This document shows positions 14,118-24,995 of a DNA stretch of 64,000 nt, one piece after another. The notes beneath the pieces were generated by a model. The model was not told where the DNA came from. It made no database searches and worked only from the letters and a program-made list of their open reading frames with translations. This DNA comes from Blasia pusilla (Eukaryota): assembly GCA_050084515.1 (NCBI GenBank), contig CM114271.1, forward strand, positions 25,606,001 through 25,670,000, given 5' to 3'. The number at the start of each line of letters is the position of its first letter. Within the stretch, counting starts at the first letter, position 1. The translations under genes and the position numbers were made by a program.

Positions 14118-14315
14118 GGTCTAAGACTTTATCTGGACCTTCACCACTTTGCACCAAAAAAATTCCGCAAAGGTGTGATAGTGTACTCACGTGAAGAAAA
14201 TTGGAATCTAAAGCATGCAGCTGCAGCGGCAGCAGTTGCACTACCTGTTATGGGTCTTATTGTATATCTGTGGAAGTCTAAAGCAGACATGCCTCCACCC
14301 AAATGGGGTAAGTGA
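14118..14315 (+). CDS. CBSCBSPB: Alternative (duplicated) terminal exon B of the CBSCBSPB gene
   Basis: TTTTTGTTGCAG acceptor, phase 0 like exon A. Starts GLRLYLD (exon A: GLRLFLD), has its own hydrophobic segment AAAAAAVALPVMGLIVYLW and a stop at 14315. Confidence 0.75.
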   Translation, partial: GLRLYLDLHHFAPKKFRKGVIVYSREENWNLKHAAAAAAVALPVMGLIVYLWKSKADMPPPKWGK

Positions 14316-16899
14316 TCATGTCACATTTGTACTGGATCCACATGATGAGTTTTAGCAGATAACACAGTTATTGTTCAGTACCCGTTGAACTGGTCCTGAT
14401 AACTTATCCTAATTCAAGCAAGATGTCGTTCTGCTTTGACTCACACATATCTGATTATGTGCGATTTGGTGATTTCCTGGGTTGAGTTGACAAGCAAAAG
14501 CAGGGCACTGTATTCTTTGCCATAATTACAATACAACTCATCAGTAATCTATCTCCTTGTGAAGAGATTGTTTGCTTGAAGTTTATTGACTGGACAACTT
14601 TTTGTACATACAAGGTGAGCATATGAGAAAGGAGTCGGCATAATGTCATTGTTGGTGGAAGGGACTCATTTTAAGCCCGTTTTGTGCAAGTAAGTGTCCC
14701 GAATGGATGTCGGATTTTGACTGTAGAGTAAGTCTCATGAGACTCTGGATGGCATAGGTGGCATCTAGACACAGAGAAAATTATCTGAAGTGGGAGGAAC
14801 TGAAATGCCAGGTTTTTGTCACAGTATATAAGAACATTAGGCTACATCTGTGTGTAAGCATCGATCCTACAGGTGCATGTGGAAATCTGGCACAGCAGGT
14901 AACAACAAAGCCTGTGGATAAGGACGCCTCCTGCATATAGCTATTGGCCTTGATGGCACAAATCTTGAAGCCCTGACCACCCACCATTGAATTAAGTACC
15001 AGTGACAAACAGTAGTTATCTTAGGCAGCCAACCACTATCAAGAAGAGAGAGAATTTACAGTAGAGAGGGCACTCGGGATGAAGAATCATTTGGAGTTTG
15101 GGTGCTGGAGAATACTATATTTTCTGAAGTTAACTGTATACTCAAGTGAAATTGTGGAAATGTCCTCATCAAATCTTTAGGAAATTTTGAACTTTTGATG
15201 ACCTCCCTCCTTATCAAACTCGGCGTTTGGATTGCCAGAGTAGTTTTGAAGCCAAACAAAATCTGACATCTGGTGAAATTGCGTGGTATTATGTTGTCTC
15301 CCATGTCTGGAAGAGTGTAAGTGGCCTATACTTCTATATCGGGAGCTACGTAGGACATCCACTCTCAACCTCACGAGTAATTACTGAAGCACTCAACTAA
15401 ATAGACGACATTCAATCCACACTCTCTCACTAAGACGTGTGTTGTGCGGCAACAAGTGGCGTGGTGCAGAAAATATACTATTGTCTTATCATTTCATCGA
15501 CAAGACATATCTTCAACTCTGGGGAATTGTGGGTATTGGGCAGTTATTTGGGATATTGGGTTTTGTGAAGATGTTGAGAGCATCGTTGATGTATGGGTTT
15601 AGGGAACACAATATCTTCAGAGTTTTATATCAACAAAAAATTTCTTTGAATTTTTTCAACTCGATGACTTTTACAGGTCGATCGGCGGGAGGGTTGTGTT
15701 CCATTTAAAGTCCGGACTCTCTCAGCGCTACTGTCCAGGATAAACATCTGTCTATTTAACCTGTTTTGCGCTTTGTCCATAACTCGAGAAAGGCCACACA
15801 AAAAGGATTTAGGATTTACGGAAAGAGAACTTTATATGAAAAGATCAAATGATCTTGTACACATGTTCGATAAAGGGTTTTGCATAATGCCACTCATGTG
15901 AAGAGTAAGGGTTAGGATAGGCCAATCATACGAACTTCCCGGATGTTGAGTAACGTCAAAATTGCCTCCTTATCCTAATAAGTAATCACCTTAACATTGG
16001 AGAGGTGAGCCGCAAGAAGCAAAACCAAGTGCGGAGCAAAGACGGAAGTATACGACCTTTCTCTAGGTAAAGGAAAAGTAAATCCGGATCAAAGACGGAA
16101 GTAATGGAAGGGTTAGGGTTAAGTAAAGTGATATGAAGGGAACAAATTTACATTGAAGAATAGCAGAAAGTTACCTCTACATACTGCGGTGTCACATTTC
16201 GATTTGTTTTGCCGTCCCGATCAGAAGTGGATTGAAAAAAAGGTGCGGAATCTTTATATCAAAATAAATTGGGCAACACATTTGTCCACTTTTTTAATCC
16301 AATTTTTATGTTACTAGGCTAAGCAGTAAGAAGTCTTTCAAAAGGTTACGCAAGCACTTTCTAGATTTTCAGTGTGAAGGAGAGGCCAATCTTTAGAAGA
16401 AAAGACTCTAAAGTTTATTGAAGCTTTATTTTTAAAGTATCCTCGATCTTTCAATTACAATATGGGTAAAATTAGAAATGATGGAATCATCGTATACACC
16501 ACATGCAATGTATGGACTCATCTTATTTCTTTTGCACTAGAGGTAATGTTACATTTCACCCTTCCTAGGTATGGAAAACATGCAATTCACTTAAAAATTA
16601 CTTTCCATCCATACTAGTCCCTACTTCCTCATTGCACTATAGATCAATTTAGTGTCAAACTTTCATGAAAACGTCAATGCATGGATTGATGGACTATTAG
16701 ACTAATGTCCAAGTCTCCCACCTTTTGACATGATAGAATAAGGAATAAGATCTAATATGGAACAATCATAAAGAAGCCTCTTGACTTGCATATGTGTATC
16801 TCTTTCCTTGCCATAACATAATCGGATTGATTGATACATGAATACATAATACAAAATGATTAATAATGGACTAGGATGAGTTCACATTCGCCTAATAAC

Positions 16900-19450
16900 C
16901 AAAAGTCCTTCATAACCATATAATCTCAAGCTTAACATTAGACCATATAATTGCAACCTTATATCACTTGAAATTTCCATACTTCAATTCTCATATGATG
17001 TTGGCTACACCAACATCCACAAATTGCGATGTAGCCTCATGGGTATCCATCTTACAGAGGGAGTTGGTGCCAATAAGAGACCATCGCAGAGAGCGTGCTG
17101 ATTGACAATGGTTGGTGGAGGCATAAAGTTTGTCTTTGATGTCAAACGGACCTTACTCCTTCTGTAAGAGTAGAGAGGAAGCATTCTAACATGCCTTTGT
17201 AAGTATCTCTTACCTCTCAATGCCCATGGAATGTAGGGTTAGTTAGGAAGCATTTTAGAAGGATTAGTTGACTTTGTAGGAGCCTTATGTAATTTATGAG
17301 GGTTTCTTGACTTTTGAAGTTGTGGATGATGTGCGATGGGGTTGAAAGACCCAAGAGGGGATGTTTTTCCATTAGGATGTCCTAACATCAATGGTAAGTT
17401 CTTAAAACTCTTGTATTCATGTAGTCTCTTCCATTTAGTTATTCCTAGTAAAGATACTAATTCCACATCTTGTGTTTAGTGCAATATGATATGCCACACC
17501 TTGATGAGCCTGAGATGGAGGAGGAGTGGTGATGGGTAAGTTTGCCAACATTGATCAGATTGGATCCCTACCTTTACCATCTTGGATCTGCTTGTTGGAG
17601 GAGACGACCATTCAAGTGATGGCTACAATGAGTTTGAGAAGGACTAGGAGATCTACTTTATTGCACGTCTAGCCTCTTCAAGACAAAGTAGGATGTTCTT
17701 GAAAACAAACTCACACTGAACTTATTATCACAATGGATACACACCTACTATTTGCGAGTTCAACTCGCAATTGGATTGTAGTGCATCCACAACATTGCAA
17801 AAATTTGTGAGTTCAGTGTGAGTTTGTTACAAGCCTATTGCCACCCAAGTATGAGCCTATTGTGACTACACTGCAAGTATAATAAAATGGGACTTTTTGT
17901 GCCATGCTAATGACCAATAAAATTCTCAATTTTACAAGTGCCATACTTATGAAGTTGTGATTGAGCTATGGCCACATTACAACTAAGATGCGGAATTTAG
18001 GACTTGATGGTCACAAACTTTCCAACGCCTCTTTAATAATTCACCCCAAAACATCTTGGGTTTAGCCGCCATGACCTCAAATGTGGAGAGCCCCCAAATG
18101 CCTAATAACATTCCAAGCTAGGTATTGTCACAAATAACTAAGTTTGCAAGGCCCGCGCTAGTGGGGTCCCAACAAGCAAATCATGATGGCAGATTAAAGG
18201 TCGAGACCTTGGTGTGACCCACCAAAGTTGAAACACAGACAAACTATTTAGAACACTAGAAAGGACGACCATACATACCGTGGAAATAACACTTGTCAAG
18301 ATGAGGGTATGCCTTTAGATTAACCTTGGAAGAGAAAGGATGTAGCCACTCGTGGGGATGGGGCGAGGAAAGAAAGGTGTACGACTCTTGAGGCAAGTTC
18401 TAAGGCAAGGGTGAGCAACAAGGAAGACGAGATTAGTCAAGACGGGTGAGACGGCATGAGAATAATCATGAAATATAAAGGACCGAAAGACAACCATGAG
18501 ACATCCAATGGGGGGAGTCAAGACATGTGCTAGTCACGAGACACACAAAACCCAAAGTGAGGTTTTAAAATAAGTTTGGGGAAGTGAAGAGGGGTAAAAT
18601 ATGCCAAGAGACTCCCCGTAGCCATCTTGGGGATTAGCTAGTTAAACTCGTGGTGAACAAGATGGTAACCACGTTTGGGTTGTGGACCAAAACTGAGGGC
18701 TTGAGATGAAGGATGGAAGAACTGGGTTTACTCTAGAGAACCTCATAAGTACCTATTAGGGATGGAGTTTATCTTGCGAATAAACATCGCTAGACAATCC
18801 ACATCGTTGGTTACATCTACACACCACACAACATCGATCTTCCCAACACACGGATCGATCCACCCATAAAAAAATATACTCACGCAAATACATCTAGATC
18901 TCACTACAAAATCAGAGTAAAAATAACTCACAGGGCCAAAAATTCCACTCCTAAATCTACATTGGCATATCGACGCTAGCACCCTAGTTCCTACATACAC
19001 AAGCAAAAGAGGCGCTCCTAAAGCCCAACATGAGAAAGATGGCTTGGGAAATCCATCTCTCCCTCTCTTATAGCCTTGGGAAGAGCCAAAAGCCTCTTCC
19101 CCCAAAAATAGCCATCCCACCAGTAACCTGCGTGCACATGTTATTGGTTGATCCTAGGTTTTTACTTATAATGTCATCACCCGTTCTCTCTGGGCCCCTT
19201 AGCAGACTCATGTTAGTTATTTTGACCCGGTCAATAGGTCACCTAGTCGCCAAAGACAAAAATAGGGAAATCGCCAGAAACAATACTCGCGACACAATGG
19301 ACGTGTCTCCAACCTCATCCGACATCTTAGGATGAAGTTACATCCGTACAACCCGCTTACCCTCTATGACGTCAGCGTGGTAGAACTCTATGACGTCAGC
19401 ATGGTAGAACAATGATTAACAACTTAAGGTATTAATCATTGCGCTCTAAT
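16900..19450. mobile_element. Probable decayed LTR-retrotransposon sequence, family not identified
   Basis: Stop-ridden ORF fragments and a minus-strand TATA-like GGCTATAAGAGAGGG near 19062-19076. No diagnostic domain recognised. Confidence 0.25.
19362..19409. repeat. 24-bp tandem duplication, each unit containing TGACGTCA
   Basis: CTCTATGACGTCAGC(G/A)TGGTAGAA x2. Confidence 0.9.
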
Positions 19451-20732
19451 TTAGGAGAGCAACTTAGGGAGATTAGTTGAGGCTTGGGGAAAAGACTTTA
19501 TAGGGAGATGGTTTGCACCTCAAGGATTGCAATCGTTTAGTGCTTATTACCTATAGAGTGAGTGACTGATTGGGTTTTTGAGACATAATCTAACTACTAA
19601 GACTTACACTCATAATCTTAAGGTTATCATCTCTTTGTGGGCTAGCAAGGAAGAGTAGAGGTTAAACTCTACGGCAAGTAGGTTGTAACATATTTGGATC
19701 CTAAGTCTTGTAGGACTTGAGCCCTTCTTAAGTTCCACCCTATGTTTGGTCATGCTCTCTCAGGTTATAATGTGATAATTCAAGATTCCCTTTTTAACTC
19801 GCATCTCGGTTTCGCAATTTATGTCTTGCTTGTGAGACTTCAACATGTTTTGATTATAGTGGAAATCGGATAGAGTTTTGATATTCCACGTTGGCACGTG
19901 TTTGGTTATGAGGGTTAGGACAATGCCAAATTTCAAATGCATGTAACTTGAAGGGATATGGAAGAGCGGAAAATGTTAAATCCATCAACTTTATGAATGG
20001 ACGCCAAATATTTGAGGGAGCGTGCACTACTACCTACTCGAGTATGAAGGAATGTATTAGCATAGAGTTGTGCATCCTAAATTAGATGATATGGTCCCTA
20101 AGATGCTCTTAGCTAAAACGATGGTGGTAAGAAGGAAATGAAAGTAGAAAGACATTCTACCAATTAATCAATTATACCTTGCCACAAGAATGATTGGATA
20201 TATCTCAGTGTAGTTCCCATTATATATGGTAAATGGTAAATGAATCAAGCCCTTAGGATCTAAATGGTCAAAAGACAAAAAATTTATCATAAGTAATATA
20301 GTACATGAGGAAAAGATCTTAGAGTCCTAATCCCAACTCATGCCTAAAGCACTCATGCAATGAATAATGATATCCAAAGCAAAACAACCTAAATAATACG
20401 ACGTTAATTATACTAAAGAATATCAATTTTCCACATCAATTTTATGAGTTAGTCTAATCTTATCTAAATTTAATATTTAAAACATGTTACAACCACATGT
20501 TCTTAACACTCAAAATTTCTTATATTATATAATACCAAAATTTTATAAAATTATCTCACCATTAGAAGAAATAATTTTAAATGATGGAAAACAAAAGGAT
20601 AACTCTAGATGAGAACTCCCACGCACACGTCGCCAGAACTGTGGAGTTCGTCGGCGATGTCGGATTCGCCGCCGGTGAAGGGACGAACTTCCCCCCGAGC
20701 ACCAAACACGGCGTCGCCGGCTTTGGAGGGTT

Positions 20733-20777
20733 AACTAACTCAACCCAACCAACTAACTCAACCCAACCAACTAACTC
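20733..20777. repeat. 18-bp tandem repeat (2.5 copies) just upstream of AATF
   Basis: AACTAACTCAACCCAACC x2 plus AACTAACTC. Confidence 0.9.
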
Positions 20778-20952
20778 GGCTGTCACGCTAGTTTATGTTT
20801 CACCGGTGTAAACCTCGGGATACGAAGTTTCTCTGTCTAATCTCCTGTCGGTTTCACGCGGGGATGTCACAATTAGGGCTCGATTGAAAGAGGGAAGGAA
20901 CTCAAGTTCGGTGATCGGAGTCTCGGAGTGCGAACACTCGGAGTTCACAACG

Positions 20953-23900
20953 ATGGATGAATTCGAGGTCGATTCGAGCGACGAAGATGGAAGTTATGGG
21001 ATGGAAGATTCGAAGCACGAAATCTCGCCGACCATGGACGATTCCGGACGCCTGCGGCTACGGGCTGATATCACGCTGGACGGGCCGGATTATGCGGGGA
21101 GAAGAAGTAGTCGAAAGCAAGTTCTGGGAGACGCGTTTTCGACCGAGAATGATTTGGATGAGAGTGGATTGGAGCAATTGAACTTGAATAGCAAGCTAGA
21201 AGCCCTGTATTCAGAGGGACGCTCCGACGAGGACGAGGATGATGAACTCGTAGGTGTTTGGCTGTGTTGGAGGCGAAATGAAGTGTTGTAGGTATTCTTC
21301 AATTCTGTCTTGTTAATCTTTTGTTCGTGCCTAGCCTTATCTAATTGAATCCTTCTACTATTTCAGAGTCGGAAGTGGCAGTTGAATGCCGGACAGGATG
21401 ATGAACTGGCGGCTTTGAGTAGAGAGTACGAGAAGCTCCGAGAACAAGAAGTGTAAGGTGCTTCTGGAGCGTCAATTTCTCTTCTCATTTGAATTTTCTT
21501 CAATTATTTCCATAGGTGTGGATTCTGCTGTAGAAGACCAATGCCACAACGAATTGACAACTTCTGAATGCCTTCCGCTTGCTCAGAGAGGTACTTCAGA
21601 ATCTAAAAGTCGAACAAGGTGACAATCATCGCAAGGGGCAGGCTGTGCAGCACCAAAAGGTGTGGAAAGAATGCTTCCCTTTCATGTCCTCGAGCTGCAG
21701 ATTGTTGGTGCAAATGTCTCTCAAGCCAAGTTTGAAAGATGTTGACTTTTTTTAAATAACGAGGTTTATCCACATTGGCTTAATTTCCATGCGCAAGCGT
21801 GCAGGGCTGTTTTTCTTCTCAACAATTGTGGATGCTCAGCTGTTACAATAAATTTCTCATCATTTACCGAGAGTTGACGTGTTTCTTTAGCGTAGCTGGG
21901 TTAGACATCGTAGTTGAAATCCTCATCGCTTCTCATAATTCTCATTTGTGGCAGAATCTATGGGACAAAGGCTTAGAGGCTCGGATATCCCTGCAGAAAA
22001 TACTGTCTGTTGCAAACAGACTTCCAAAGGTGCCCTTTGTTTCTCTGTGAAAATGATCTGTGCTGCACCATTTTCCTTAGTACTAGTAAGAGAAAACGTT
22101 TGATTGGGCGTTTTGATGTAACAAGTGTTTTTATGTAGAGTTTTTTTCATCTGAGATTTATTAGATAGCAACTTCACTTTCTCCTTATGTACAAACACAT
22201 CTGTCAGGAGATGGCTACTTCTAGACATACTCATAAGTGTGCAAGTCTTTAATTACTCTTGCTTGGTGACTACAGACCCAGGCCAAGGCAACATTTTGTG
22301 GAGATGACATCAACATTGAAGATGCATATTCAAAGCTGACAGAATCCGCAACTTTGACTCTGGATTGTTTTCTGGCTTTAGAAAGGGTAAAGTAAATCGT
22401 ACACTTGGATAAATTGCTCATGTCCACCAAAGTGGCCCCTTATTCTTCGTGCAGCACATATGGAGGTTGCCAGTCATTTTATGGTATTTGGAAGTTTGCC
22501 GAATGTCCCAGGTGCAGGCCCAGGTGCTTGCACCAATGTTGTGGATACATACTACAGGATTACTTCTGAATTGTAGATAAAAAAGTGCTGCCCTGCTCGT
22601 AATCTTGATTGGTGGGTGATGTGTGCTATTTTTTTGATCGTAGTTTGTTTCCTTGACAGGCCCTGATTGAGCAAAACAGTGTCGTAATGAACTGTTTGCA
22701 AGCACAAAAAACGGTGGGCATTCATGTTCCTTGCTTGTGCTGTATTTCATGGATTCTTGATGAAACTGAATTCAATAAGAGATAGGGAGTTTGTAGTTGA
22801 ATATTAATGGATGGTAATTATATGTTACAGCTAGTGGGAAGAGAGAAGCACTCAGGGACCCAAATGAAGAGACTGATCTGGATGTGGTAGATAAGACTTG
22901 GGAAAAAATGGACCAAGTATACTCCAGGTATGGTCATCTCTTTCATCCTTGTTGTATGCTGCTGAGGATATATACATGTTCTGAATGTGGATGAGCCTGT
23001 TCTCATTTTGGTCAGGCATCTAGTGTGGAAGCTTGGTAGACTTTGACTCCAAGAATCTGTTTCTGTGTATTTTTCAAATCCTGCTGTCATCTGAGGTCTG
23101 CCAGAATGGATCTCAAGGGGATTGTTGAACAACCTGACCAAGGAGGAAATGTTGTCTCGTCAGAGTTGTGCCATTTCGGGACAATGCTTTGGATCGGTGG
23201 CAACGCAAGACACAACTCAATACTGGAGCTGTTGCTAAAGGGAGACTACGTGCATTTAATCAGGTATAGGTTTATGCTATGGTGCACAAGTACAGTGTCT
23301 CCTTAAGCATAGCAGATGACAGGATGTGTGTCATCTTTTCAGGTGAAACTGTAGGAGGCTGCATAAGATTTATTTTGGTCTTGTTAAGGGTGTTGGGAGC
23401 TTTTCCTTTGATTTTGTTGAATATGGTAGTCTCCAATAACGTGAATGGTGTCTACTGAACTCTTTGAGAATCACTTTTGATGGTTATATTGATCTCTTTG
23501 TTGCATCAGAGCATATCCCAACAAATAGTAACAACTATGAGAGACACATCTCGACTTGTGAAAGGAATGAGAATAAAACAGTCAAGTATTCATATTCTCG
23601 GTGAGGTAAGACTTCTTTATTACACCTGTAGATGTTCGATCTTCTTGTTAAAGTATGCATCAAACATGGCTTTGTCTGGAAGTGTAAACAATAACTGCTT
23701 TAGCTGGTTGCAGCCTTTTGGAAATGGAGCTGACCAACTTCGGAGTAATGGGGATAGCATCACGAGTCCTGCTCCCAATGGAACATCTGTAGAGGTTCAA
23801 GAGGATGAGGGAGACCCAGAGACTTTCGACGACTCAGAATTCTATCAGAAGCTGCTTCATGAATTCTTAGAACTAGCTGATCCAAATATGCAAGGTCAGC

Positions 23901-24995
23901 GAAATGATTTGAGCAACCCTTTCTCCTTCTCTGGTCCCTGGCACTGTCCAACCTGGGCACGGATTAGGTTGGAATGACTGGTAAATGTGGGAATCTCAAT
24001 CAGGTGATGTAGATTGTGTTATAAGGAGCTTGGTTGACACTAAGAAGTTCTGCAAAAACGCTTTGTATGGTCAGCTCTCAGACTGTGTAGTGTCTCCCTC
24101 CTCTCATATGTTACCTTCACTTCTTATTCTCTCTACACCCATCCCAGTCTCTAGCACCGTTCAACTGGGCCTGTGGGGTCTATGGTCACCAGGCCACGAC
24201 AAACACTACTTAATGAGTAGTCCCTCTCTATCTTAACTGCGGTAGCCAGAGGAGAAATCATTTGTGGATACTATAACCAAAGCAGTGGGAAACCCGCACA
24301 CCAAAACAGCTTTGAGGAATCTGTTTTTAACTCGATCAAACCAGCAGTTTAGGAATAGCAAGAAACCTCTCTCATGTCATGTTGTGCTTTCTTCATGGCC
24401 TCCCTCTGAACCCAGCCCAATCTATAGCACTGTCCAACTGGGGTATGGGTTCTGTGGTCACAAGGCTACAATTAGCAGCACTTAATCATTGCAGTCTTTT
24501 TTTAATAATTCTCTTATCTGATGTGATGGCTTGTATTCCTCCCAGTGACACTGACCACTGTGATCTTGATGCTTCAGACAGGTGGTTACTTCCTGTGACA
24601 AGTATTGGGTAACTACTCATTTTAGACTGTTTCTCTGTATCTGGCAGGTGGAATGAGTCTTCACTCATTAAAGAAACTTCGTAACAAGACCAGAAAAGTA
24701 GTGGACCGCCGTGCATCAAAAGGCCGAAAAATTAGGTGTGCCTTCTGGTTATCTTCATTCTTTACTTGTGAGGTTCTCAATTGGAAGTGCCTGTCATTGT
24801 GATTTTCTTGGCAATGCTGTTAATGACTACATAGATGCTCATAACTTCTTGAAACTTTTGTATGGCAGGTACAATGTGCTTGAGCCCTTACTGAATTTCA
24901 TGGCACCATCTCCACTGGTAGTGCCTCCCATGACAAGTAAGCTCTTTGCAAATTTGTTTGGACACCAAAATCCAGGCTTGACTTTGACATCGTGA
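20953..24995 (+). CDS. AATF: AATF/Che-1/BFR2 family rRNA-processing protein
   Basis: Exons 20953-21249, 21367-21452, 21587-21659, 21955-22029, 22276-22386, 22660-~22713 (donor uncertain), 22831-22927, 23164-23263, 23510-23605, 23714-23894, 24648-24735, 24869-24995. Motifs: KGQAVQHQKNLWDK, ANRLP, FRDNALDRWQRKTQ, DPETFDDSEFYQKLLHEF, VDRRASKGRKIRYNV..PLLNFMAP (TRAUB domain). Confidence 0.93.

Noticed and set aside
22928-23163. C/D-box snoRNA in an AATF intron
   Set aside because: Only a degenerate C-like box and CTGA, with no terminal stem or recognisable rRNA guide.
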